64,000 bases of DNA, taken from NCBI RefSeq assembly GCF_001194135.2, contig NC_068988.1, positions 96,063,713-96,127,712 on the forward strand, written 5' to 3'. The notes beneath the pieces are model-generated. The model had not been told where the DNA came from. It made no database searches and saw only the letters and a program-made list of their open reading frames with translations. This stretch comes from Octopus bimaculoides. Taxonomy: Eukaryota. Below, piece after piece: positions 1 through 11,730 of this stretch (positions within the stretch are counted from its first letter, which is position 1; the number at the start of each line of letters is the position of its first letter). The position numbers and the translations under genes are program-made.

Positions 1-308
1 TATTTATTTTTACTTTAATTTCCTAATACGTTTGTCTCTTTTTCTTCTGAATACCAACTTCTTCCACTTCCTTGTTTCCAAGAGGTTTGTGATGGATCAC
101 GTTACCGACAGATGGTTTTCAACTCCCTGAGGTTTTTATTATGTAGAATTTTGATATCAAGAAAACCATCATTTGAATTTAATAGACTGTGGGAAGATCT
201 TCTCTCAGAATTTCTGCAACACAAACTTTAATTTAATAAATGTTATATATAAGTAATTAAGATTCGGTAATTTTAGAGTGGAACAAAAGTTACTAGGGTT
301 ACTCAAAA

Positions 309-597
309 TACATTCTTTACATTTGACGGATGTTTGTTCTCATCTTGTTTGTTGTTGACACAACATTTCGGCTGATATACCTTCCAGGCTAGAGGGTATA
401 TCAGCCAAAACATTGTCATCATCATCATCATCGTTTAACATCCGCTTTCCATGCTAGCATGTGTTCGACGATTTGACTGAGGACTGGTGAACCAAATAGC
501 TGCACCAGGCTCGTTCTGTTAACAACAAACAAGATGAGGACAAATATCCGTCAAATGTAAATAATGTACATAATTCTTCATCACTTAAATATAGAAC
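309..597. mobile_element. Internally deleted copy of the tRNA/hammerhead foldback family, interrupted by an RTE 3'-end fragment (417-512)
   Basis: Shares tacatttgacggatatttgtcctcatcttgtttgttgttaac arm sequence with 2757-3262 in both orientations. Confidence 0.7.
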
Positions 598-2266
598 TTT
601 GTTTATTTTTTTGAAGAGGATTTTTGCAGAAATATAAATGAAAAGAATAAGGAATTTCAGTTTCTATGGTATCACATTTACGAGAATGAAATTCACCAAA
701 ATAATTACAAGGCTAAGAGAGAGAGGGAGAGAGAGAGAGAGAACAAAATCAAGCGAACTGACCTCATCACTTTACTGAATTTGTGGAGAAAAACCAGAGG
801 AGTGAATAAATGATCAGACTACCTGTTTCTGACTTATCAATTCGTTTATTTTACCTGCATTTAGTTCTTTTACTAAGCCTGGTTACATTACATTACTCAC
901 TTCACCTGTCAGAGATGGATACCAAGATTTCTAGGAAAATGCCAACAGAGCTGATCTGCAATCATTTATATACAAATTTTATTCCGTAAAATCAAATAAT
1001 TAAATCTATCAAATTATTCTATTGAAGTATTTTTGTTTTATAATTTATTTATGACTCAGATGGACAAAATGCAGAGTTAACCCCTGCTGGATTTGAACTC
1101 AGAAAGGTTATGATAGCTTGTTCTAGTTGTGTCCAACAAGGAAGTTGGTGTCTGGCTTCCCTGTACTTGATTTTAAACTTTCTGCAACTGCAGCTTCCCA
1201 CACGTTTGGCTTGATACCAACAGCATTCAGTTCTTATAACAAAACACCTTTTGTGTGGCACTAAACACTAGCTCACTCTTCGGTAAGCACCCATTGTCCA
1301 TGAGTCACACATTCTCCACCCAATACAGATAACTGGTAGTACACAAATGGGGAGAACCAAAGAAACTGAATAATACCTTTAAAGTAATCACTCAGGTGTC
1401 TTTATCATACCTTGCACCTGAACTATCGTGTGGCTGAAGCACAAGACCCTTATTTTGCCCAGGGACTCAACACAATGTCACCATTGATGATAAAAGCTAT
1501 GAAACTGGCTGAACATTCTTTTACAAGTGTGTGTGTGTTGATGTTTGTGCTGAAAGGCAGATACTCCTAACACATTATTTCTTATCAGCACATCGTTTCT
1601 CAGACAGGTTTATTTATGTCAATTCATATCACTTACCACATTCAGCATGTGGTTCTTATTTATAACTTTCATATCAGTATTTATCCACTCTTTTTTTTTT
1701 TTTTTCTTGTTATAGACTTAGAAATGTTTTGTTGTGCAGCAGTGTTGTTTTGTGTTGGTCTCTTAGAATTTAGAAACTTTGCTTGGCCTTTGCAGATAGC
1801 CTTTCTGCCACTGATCTCAGCAAGCATCTAGGTTAGGTGATTCTTGACAATTACATTGTCATGGAGACTGCTATTCCTTAAAAGAAAGATTTTGTTGGCC
1901 TTTCTAATTTCAAGATAACACTTGAAATGATTACTTCAAACAAACAAACAAAAAATCACCTCATTCATGTACATCATCATCATCATCATTATACATTGTT
2001 CTTTTCTTTCATACTGTCACATGGGTTGGATAGGTGTACTGGATGAAAATATTTTTGAGACCTCATTGAAGCAGTAGATCTAACTGGGAGGAGAGGATAA
2101 GAGGATGGGGAGGAGGAAGAGGATGGAAAGGACAGGTTTATCTACACCATTAAGGAAGGAGGGAGTAATGAGCAAATGAAGATAATGATTATATTGGTCC
2201 ACCAGCAAGATGAAGGTACCAGTTTGTCCATTAGTTGTTTGACCTACTGCTTTAGCAGTTAAATAA

Positions 2267-2456
2267 TATTCTTTTCTACTCTAGGCACAAGGCCCAAAAT
2301 TTTGGGGAAGGGGGCCAGTCAATTAGATCGACGCCAGTACGCAACTGGTAATTAATTTATCAAACTCGAAAGGATGAATGACAGTCAACCTCAGTGAAAT
2401 TTGGACTCAAAACATAAAGACAGACGAAATACCACTAAGCATTTCACCCGGCACAT
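2267..2456 (-). mobile_element. tRNA-derived SINE, family A
   Basis: Colinear with 57944-58164. Confidence 0.78.
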
Positions 2457-2756
2457 TTACCACAATACATAAAACTTTTCAGATGTTATAAGCTAAAAAG
2501 TTGTGGCAACTGGTTGGTGTTTCTGGAAACTGGTTGGTTTTTCAATTATTGCAAAGGAATACACAAGGCTTCTTATTCTCAAGATACAGAGTTTCAGTAA
2601 GAAGAGATTAGACTTCATATTTGTTATAAAGTTTGGAGCAGGAAGGAAACGCAGTCAAGGAAGACTAGACAAATTTGGGACTTGACCCAGTGAAATGGCT
2701 TTCATTGAGACAGGGGCAGAGAGAGAGAGAGAGAGCGAGTAGAAACTTATAATACA

Positions 2757-3086
2757 GTTCTATATTTAAGAGATGAGGAATTATGTACATTATTTACATT
2801 TGACGGATATTTGTCCTCATCTTGTTTGTTGTTAACGCAACGTTTTGGCTGATATACCCTCCAGCCTTCAGCAGGTGTCTTGGGGAAATTTTGAACCTGG
2901 GTTCTCATTCCTAAGGTATTTTTCGACGTTGTTGTTATTATTATTATTATTATTATTCATGTCACTACCTGGAATCTTGGGGTTAGTAGCCCACGCTCTT
3001 AACCACTACACCCATGGGCATATGGCGTAGTGGTTAAGATCGCGGGCTACTAACCCCAAGATTCCGAGTTCAATTCCAAGCAGTAA

Positions 3087-3122
<36 letters not shown>

Positions 3123-3262
3123 CAACGTCGAAAAATACCTTAGGAATGAGAACCCAGGTTCGAAATTTCCGCAAGACACCTCATGAAGGCCGGAGGGTAT
3201 ATCAGTCAAAACATTGCGTTAACAACAAACAAGATGAGGACAAATATAAATAATGTGAATAT
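2757..3262. mobile_element. Foldback element: two head-to-head units of tRNA-like head + (AAT)n + degenerate hammerhead motif
   Basis: Near-perfect palindrome centred at about 3015-3021. Right arm has A box TGGCGTAGTGG (3023-3033), B box GAGTTCAATTCC (3066-3077), (AAT)n and a mutated CTGATGA..GGCTG/CAGCC..GAAAC core. Confidence 0.75.
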
Positions 3263-3990
3263 TACCAGATTTAAAATGTACAAGAATGGTAGAGTAAAAG
3301 AACTAAATACCTTCTACTTAATTTTGGTAATTCTATTCAGAGTTCGTATTTCATCAGATTTGAATTTATTGTTAGTGTTTGACTTGTTGATTAATAAAAT
3401 AATATATACGCTAATTTGCTGGAATAATTCAATCAACTTCTTGCCGTCCTTTGGACTCCTGTAATATCATTAATATTCAAGTTTATTGGTCTTGACGATT
3501 GCTTATTTAAGGCAACTCCATATTGTTTCACAAAGTTTAGAAGTCTCAAAGGAAATCATAATTAGATTTATTTTTGTAATCTAATTTAATTTTATTAAAA
3601 TAATTTGATTAATAATTTACATAAAATTTATGAAAATTACAATAAATTTTCACATATAAAGCTTCAACAATTATAAGTCAAATGTATGATAAGTAAAGCA
3701 AAATTTGATGTTTAAATGAAGCATCACCTGAATTATTTGCTACTTTCTGTCTTCGCAATTTGCTCTTTTCCAACGAGTTGTATTACACCTGAGCACTGTG
3801 CACAATAAGCTCCTCCTCCTCTTCCTCATCATCATCATCGTTGTCGTCACCGTCATCACCTCCATCACTACCAAAGGTATTGTAGAGAGTCTTACTGCTG
3901 CTCTTGATTCTGCACCGTTTCAAATCTGTGTCCTTGGATAACTGTCAAAGAATCAGAAATAAGAGTAAAGATATTGGGGTGGAGTCAGGC

Positions 3991-4360
3991 GTTGTGTGGC
4001 ACTCCGTCGGTTACGAGGACGAGGGTTCCAGTTGATCTGATCAACAGAATAGCCTGCTCATGAAATTAACATGCAAGTGGCTGAGCACTCCACAGACACG
4101 TGTACCCTTAATGTAGTTCTTGGGGAGTGAGACAAGGCTGGCCCCTTTGAAATACAGGTACAACAGAAACAGGAAGAAAGAGAGAGAGAAAGTTGTGGTG
4201 AAAGAGTACAGCAGGGTTCGCCACAACCCCTTGCCAGAGCCTTGTAAAGCTTTAGGTGTTTTCGTTCAATAAACACTCACAATGCCCGGTCTGGGAATCG
4301 AAACTGCGATCCTACAACCGTGAGTCCGCTGCCCTAACCACTGGGCCATTGTGCCTCCAC
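3991..4360 (-). mobile_element. tRNA-derived SINE, family C
   Basis: Minus strand head GGCACAATGGCCCAGTGGTTAGGG...GTTTCGATTCCC; near-identical copy at 13321-13691. Confidence 0.82.
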
Positions 4361-5622
4361 GCGGTCGGGCAATAATACAGATAAATCTTTGTTAATGTAG
4401 TCCTTACTAAATCCTTATTCAGTTGTACAGACTGTAAATCACTTTTGTGATAATAACCTTAAAGTTGCTCTCAGACTTTGATCCGTTAAGCTCAAACATA
4501 TTTATTTAGCCTCCGTCCCTACCCACCACCACTACCCTTTCATGGAAAACTCTCTCAATTTATTGTTTTAAAAGATTTTTAAAAAGTCCTTATAATAATT
4601 TGTTGTTATCTGTTTTGTCTCTCAGAGAATGTTAATAGAAAACCCCCTTCGGCAGCCAACCCCCCCTCTCTCTCTCTCTTCAGCAATTAGTCACCCCTCC
4701 TCCCCTCCTTAGTTTGTCTTTGTTACTGGTATTGTTGTTGTTGTTGTTGCTGTCGTTTCCTATTGATGTTTATTGGTTGCTTTGTTATCTTAGCAATGCT
4801 GAGGAAAGTGTAAACCTTTCTCGAACAGATCCCTTTCAACTAACCTTCTTCTGATGTTGCGTTTGAGATATTTATTTCTATAAGGGGAGCAATGAGAACA
4901 AACGGACTGGGTTGTTGTTTCTCTCTTTCTCTCTCTCTCTCTCTCTAATATATATATATATTCACTGAATTGAACAGAAAGAATGTCAAGCTAGGTAGAT
5001 AAATAAATAGGAACATTCCAGATGATCTTTTTTGCAGTTTCAAAGAATGGACAATAAATAGACAAATTATTTGAAAAGAACTCTACCACATCAAAGTAAA
5101 CTGGCAAGTTCCCCTCCTCCTCCTGTGTGTACATATACACAACACAGACTCTCTTTCTGCCACCCCCTCCACTCTCCTTTCACCCTCTCTGTCCCACTTT
5201 TTTATCTTTTCTTTTCCTCTTATCTTAATCTAGTAAGAAATCCTATAATCTAATTAGACATATTTTAATCAACATAATTACTGATTTGCTTTATTGAATG
5301 CTGGATACTAGTATCTGAGTTATTAACCGAGGACTAAATACACTTCTTATTACTACAAAGCCCTTTACTCTTCCGCTCCGTGTTTCACTCATCCAAACAT
5401 TAACGCACGCATCCCTTTCCGCTTCTTTACAACAATAACAATTACCTTTGGTGCTTGGAAGGGCACACAGCTGTAGAAAACCCTGCCAAGGCAGACACTA
5501 ATTGGTGAAGGTCTTTCTGCTAAGGGAATAATGGTATTGCACACACGGAAGGGTCTGGCTAATTGCTTTTCACGAATATTTTAACTTTATTCAGTCCTAC
5601 TAAGGCATCCTTCATTCAGCAG

Positions 5623-5659
<37 letters not shown>

Positions 5660-6754
5660 GTTGCCATTTTAATATTTGCTGATGTGGAATGGACATGATG
5701 TATCAATGGAGCCTCACTCCTTTTGGTAGAAATGGCAGCCAAATTTCCTTTGAATTACACTTCACCCCACTTCAAAGTTGAAGGACACATTGGATAATAG
5801 TGTTCCGTATGTAAGCTGGGTATTTAATTGTTAAAATTCTTAATCAAGGTTGACCTGAAACTAAACGGCAACTGTTTCTTTTGACCCTGTGTCACAGCAC
5901 TTTTACCATCCACCACTTATCATCCGTTCACATGATTAAGCTTAATGGATGAACTCCTGATTATGTCTACCAGTTAATAGCTATAACACATACACTGTGG
6001 TAGGTCGATCACTTTTAAGATTTATGTGCAAAAGAAACTGAAGTGAGCTCAACAATATTGAAAAGAAAAAATTAATTAATTATAAAATGCTGCTGTTGAT
6101 ATTGTGAGAAGTTTTTTTGTTTGTTTTTTTACCCCATGGTGCCTATTCACAACTAAATGAACAATGGCTACAGTATTGCCTGGTCCCCTGCCAGTTTGGC
6201 CTCTCACCCATATTCCTATTCTTTCTGCTATTCATCTCCAAGACAACAGCTTATCATTGACCATGTTTTGCTTTTAGGCTTATCTCCATTTTTTGATAAA
6301 TTTGTTGTTTTGTCTTCAGAAATAGCTGACTTGATTGTCTGGTCTCAAATTCTAGTTTGGCTCTTATTTTTATATTATTGTGTCTTTAATTCATATTTAC
6401 ATTCTTACAGAAGGTGCAGACTTTTGCCAATTTGGATATTTACCAGGATTCTTTGAACAAAGATTCTTTTTTAGAGTTTAAAAAAAAACCATACTTGATG
6501 CCAACCAGCCACATAACTTTAAAGTAAGAACAAATGTATTTTCCTATAGATTAAGGAATGGGGAACAGAATTGAGTTCTTTTACACTGTTTGGTGTCTGT
6601 GGCTTTCTACTTGGAATCTAAGCACACCTTTAAGACCTGCAGGTGGTTTCGGTTGATTGAGTTCTGGACAGTTTGGATCTGTTCAGTTTCGCTCACAGAT
6701 TGAAACTTCTTTCATTTTTCATTTCATTTTCAACTTCCTTTTACTTATTTTCAG

Positions 6755-6829
6755 GTGAGTTTAATAATATTCGATTTGCTGCCTACCGAACTGCAATGAA
6801 GTTACGATATCTACAGCAGAAACTGAATT
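6755..6829 (+). CDS. Dystrophin-family gene, first visible exon ([24 protein letters not shown])
   Basis: ttttcag|...|gtaagt; 75 bp, same size and content as human DMD exon 64 (recalled). Confidence 0.95.
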
Positions 6830-6943
6830 GTAAGTAACACATCATATAAGTGTACACACACGCACACACAGAATTACCTAGTAAAACGGTGCATTATATT
6901 CATATTCACTCACTGCTCTAGTTATGGGGGTTCCATGTATATC

Positions 6944-6998
<55 letters not shown>

Positions 6999-7162
6999 CT
7001 GTCTTCACTCTTTCCTCATTTTCTTTCTTTTATTTCCTTTTATAAATTCTGCTTTATCTTTCTACTTCCTCATATCCTCCTCCCTTTTTCATTACTATGT
7101 GTTTCTCTCTCCTCTTTTTTATCCTCCTTTCTCTCTCCTTTGTATATCCCATGCTCTCATTC

Positions 7163-7212
<50 letters not shown>

Positions 7213-10029
7213 AACCCTCTCTTCTTATTACTTCCACTCCTATTCTAAGACAATTTCTTCCTTATTATTCCACATTATGTTTCTGTCATTATAAACACTC
7301 TCAGTTTTATCTTCATCAGAAAGAGAAATGAAATTAATGCAGCCTCTTACAATCTTCGTTAACAGTGCCTCTCATCACTCATCTTGAATTAATTAGATNN
7401 NNNNNNNNNNNNNNNNNNNNNNNNNNNNNNNNNNNNNNNNNNNNNNNNNNNNNNNNNNNNNNNNNNNNNNNNNNNNNNNNNNNNNNNNNNNNNNNNNNNN
7501 NNNNNNNNNNNNNNNNNNNNNNNNNNNNNNNNNNNNNNNNNNNNNNNNNNNNNNNNNNNNNNNNNNNNNNNNNNNNNNNNNNNNNNNNNNNNNNNNNNNN
7601 NNNNNNNNNNNNNNNNNNNNNNNNNNNNNNNNNNNNNNNNNNNNNNNNNNNNNNNNNNNNNNNNNNNNNNNNNNNNNNNNNNNNNNNNNNNNNNNNNNNN
7701 NNNNNNNNNNNNNNNNNNNNNNNNNNNNNNNNNNNNNNNNNNNNNNNNNNNNNNNNNNNNNNNNNNNNNNNNNNNNNNNNNNNNNNNNNNNNNNNNNNNN
7801 NNNNNNNNNNNNNNNNNNNNNNNNNNNNNNNNNNNNNNNNNNNNNNNNNNNNNNNNNNNNNNNNNNNNNNNNNNNNNNNNNNNNNNNNNNNNNNNNNNNN
7901 NNNNNNNNNNNNNNNNNNNNNNNNNNNNNNNNNNNNNNNNNNNNNNNNNNNNNNTGTGTTTTTTTTCTCTCTCTCTTGTCTTCTTGTGTGTATGCTTATC
8001 CATATGTACTGAATATATATATATATGTATGTATGTGTGTGTGTGTGTGTGTGTATATATATACATGAAATCATGATGGCACCTGTGCCCAGCATCGCCT
8101 TCCTGGCACGTGTAAAGACATTCGAGCGAGATCGTTGCCAGCACCCTAACCACTAATCCACGTGCCTCCACGCATACAGGTGTACAAAGTGTTGCACAGC
8201 AACCAGTTCTATTATTAGATAATGTATTGTAGTCATTATATACTGGAAACACAGAAACCATCCAACCTCTGCATGCATAAGGGAAATGGATAGGGAAAAA
8301 TTTAGGGATCTTATGGCCTTCATTGGTCAGGCTTGAGCATAGACTGCCCTTGCATGTTGGGGCCTGGGCAAGGTTTTGTGGAAGACTAAAGTCTCCCTTA
8401 CATGGAAGTCTTCCCACTCCAGGCCACCAAAGCTGTTCAAGAAGAGCCAATACAGATTGTCACCAGTGTAGTTGTTGCTGTTAGAAATCAAAAAAACCAG
8501 AACACACACAGTGCCACCACCATTCCACTCTGCTCTATTTTAGTTCTGGAAAAAAAATTACGATGACGATATATAAATATACTCACACACGCGTGTGTAT
8601 ATGTGTGTATATATTCCTTTGAAACTTTCGCCTGGTAGGAAAATGTATAAAAAAATTCATACCTGTTGTGTTTTGTTATTTACATCACAAAAAAAATATC
8701 ACGTGGAGGTCTTGTTTTTTTTTTTTATGTTGTTTTATAAAATTGGCAAAATTTCTTTCTCACCTTGATATCAGGTTAATGCTTCAGGTATTTGCAACTT
8801 GTGGAACTAAATAAACATTTCATAATTATAAAGAATAACACTAAAACTTGTATGCATAATACACACACACACACACACACTGTCTGTCTGTTTATCTCTC
8901 TCTCTCATGTAGGTTTGTAAGTAAGATGGATATCTGTCATAAACAAAAGTTAGAAATAAGATATCAAGTTTGCAAACATCTTGTCTTCAAGTTCAAATCT
9001 CACTGGGGCATGATTTTGCTTTATATCCTTTTGGGAGTTTAAGAAAATACATGTATCAATTATCTAAATATGCTCTAAGATTGAATCAATTTTCTGATCC
9101 CTTCTGAAGTATTTTTCTGTGAGTTGTGTCCTGGGGACAAAACGAACCTTGTAGAGCCTACCTCTTTCCAGGCTTCTTCACAATTGTTCAAACTTGAAAA
9201 ATATGTGGATTAAAACAACTTAATTATCGCAAATAATTTTTTTAATGAGAAAAAATAAATTCAGTCTTGCAAACTAACAAAGGACATTTATTAATTTTAT
9301 AATGCTCGACTATTTATAGATTCTATGATTCAGTAGTACATAGCATGACACCAGTGACAGATAATAAAATCCATTTTCTTGACGGTTTGTCAAGACACAC
9401 TATTAACTTGGCAATCTACACTTTCAATAAATCCTCATATATATACACCTACATATATCATGTGTATAATATAAAACTTATCCTGCTGCTTAATATACCA
9501 TATTTCTTTGATTATTTTCTCTAAGTGGACTTGGTGCCTATCGACAAAGTTCGCAATGTCTTCAAGCAGCATGGATGTCCACAAGGTGAAGACCCTTTAC
9601 TAAACTGCCATGACCTCAATGAAATTCTACGAGACCTTTTTGCCGACTGCCAACATCCAAGATTAGACAAGACCACAAATATACGCTCATCCGATCTCAT
9701 TCAGAATTTCATATTAAATTTATACGACAGGTAAGTAATGTAATAACGATTGTCACTTTGAATTCATTTATTTGGTTATGAATAATTTTGAGGGCTTTTT
9801 TTTTGTTTACAGTCAAATGATAACTTTACATTGTATGGGTATTTCTCTAAGAAAGAAGGAATGATTAGAAGAGTTTTAAATGTTTAATACTTTGTCTGTT
9901 TGAACTGTTACCAATTAATACAAAAACATGTGCCAGATGTTCAGAATTTCTGGACTGTTGACCTCATCTGCTGTGTTTCACTCTTTTACAAATCATTTTA
10001 ATCAATTCAGTCTTTGATTATTTCCAGGT

Positions 10030-10103
<74 letters not shown>

Positions 10104-11697
10104 GCTTTCGCTTTCTCTCTTTCTCGCTCTCTCTCTCTCTCTCTGTATNNNNNNNNNNNNNNNNNNNNNNNNNNNNNNNNNNNNNNNNNNNNNNNNNNNN
10201 NNNNNNNNNNNNNNNNNNNNNNNNNNNNNNNNNNNNNNNNNNNNNNNNNNNNNNNNNNNNNNNNNNNNNNNNNNNNNNNNNNNNNNNNNNNNNNNNNNNN
10301 NNNNNNNNNNNNNNNNNNNNNNNNNNNNNNNNNNNNNNNNNNNNNNNNNNNNNNNNNNNNNNNNNNNNNNNNNNNNNNNNNNNNNNNNNNNNNNNNNNNN
10401 NNNNNNNNNNNNNNNNNNNNNNNNNNNNNNNNNNNNNNNNNNNNNNNNNNNNNNNNNNNNNNNNNNNNNNNNNNNNNNNNNNNNNNNNNNNNNNNNNNNN
10501 NNNNNNNNNNNNNNNNNNNNNNNNNNNNNNNNNNNNNNNNNNNNNNNNNNNNNNNNNNNNNNNNNNNNNNNNNNNNNNNNNNNNNNNNNNNNNNNNNNNN
10601 NNNNNNNNNNNNNNNNNNNNNNNNNNNNNNNNNNNNNNNNNNNNNNNNNNNNNNNNNNNNNNNNNNNNNNNNNNNNNNNNNNNNNNNNNNNNNNNNNNNN
10701 NNNNNNNNNNNNNNNNNNNNNNNNNNNNNNNNNNNNNNNNNNNNNNNNNNNNNNNNNNNNNNNNNNNNNNNNNNNNNNNNNNNNNNNNNNNNNNNNNNNN
10801 NNNNNNNNNNNNNNNNNNNNNNNNNNNNNNNNNNNNNNNNNNNNNNNNNNNNNNNNNNNNNNNNNNNNNNNNNNNNNNNNNNNNNNNNCCCCCCCCCCCA
10901 CTATTTACTGACATATATATACATATATATATATATAATGTATAATCATTTAATGCCCTTCCTCTTACGAGCCTGGGCTTGTTTTTACAACCATTATATG
11001 ATGCCTGGATAAGGAGAACAAACACACGCAATGGGTTTCTTACAGTCTCCATCAGCCATATCCACTGACAAGGTTTTGGCCAGCCCAGGGCGAAAATAGA
11101 AGCAACTTGCCCAAAGTGCCACACTGTGGGACTGAACCCAGGACCATGTGGGTAGAAAACAAACTACTTAACTGTGCATCTTCGCCTGCACCCACATGCA
11201 CCTGTACTTATATGTACAAACACATACTGACTCACTCTCCTCTCTTTCCCTCTCTCTCACTTATCTCTATCTGCCCTCCACCTCTCACACACACAAAATG
11301 ATCTTATTGGTACACAGTGCTCAGGTAGCTCTGTGTTCTGTTTGAACTCCTAACCTTTATTTCGAATGTACCATCTCGTCACTCTTATGCCCCTATCAGC
11401 TGTATATTGTGCAAGCTCTATGTAAACATTGACCTTCTTATAGAGCACCCCCTACACTACACTACACTACGCTGTGTGTGTGTGTCATTCAAAAATAAAA
11501 AATAAAAGAATTCAAAATGTCTACGGAAAGAAAATACAGAATGTATTTGATAGGTTTTCAATTATTTATTGCTATATGATGCTTCTTGCTTGCTTTATCT
11601 TTTTAGACAAAGAAGAGGTGTAGTCCATGCTCTGTCTGTGAAAACTGCTCTTGCAGCTATGTGTGGTGGACAGCTTGGCGAGAAATACAAATGTACG

Positions 11698-11730
<33 letters not shown>

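Noticed and set aside
1194-1282. Possible upstream exon (ctgcag|...|gtaagc, phase 1) for the dystrophin-family gene
   Set aside because: The required frame has an in-frame TAA, no ATG after it and no WW-like sequence.
3023-3090. tRNA gene (also the SINE heads at about 4300-4360, 12150-12254, 31397-31480)
   Set aside because: A/B boxes are present but there is no complete cloverleaf or acceptor stem, and each is fused to a repeat body; these are tRNA-derived heads.
2845-3209. Pair of similar ORFs on opposite strands (MADIPSSL.../MTDIPSGL...) resembling a toxin-antitoxin or duplicated gene
   Set aside because: They are a by-product of the palindrome, and the poly-Leu comes from (TTA)n.
7365-11124. 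Long ORFs of 215-368 aa in the ORF track
   Set aside because: They run through N gaps and CT/AG or CA microsatellites, so they are artefacts.
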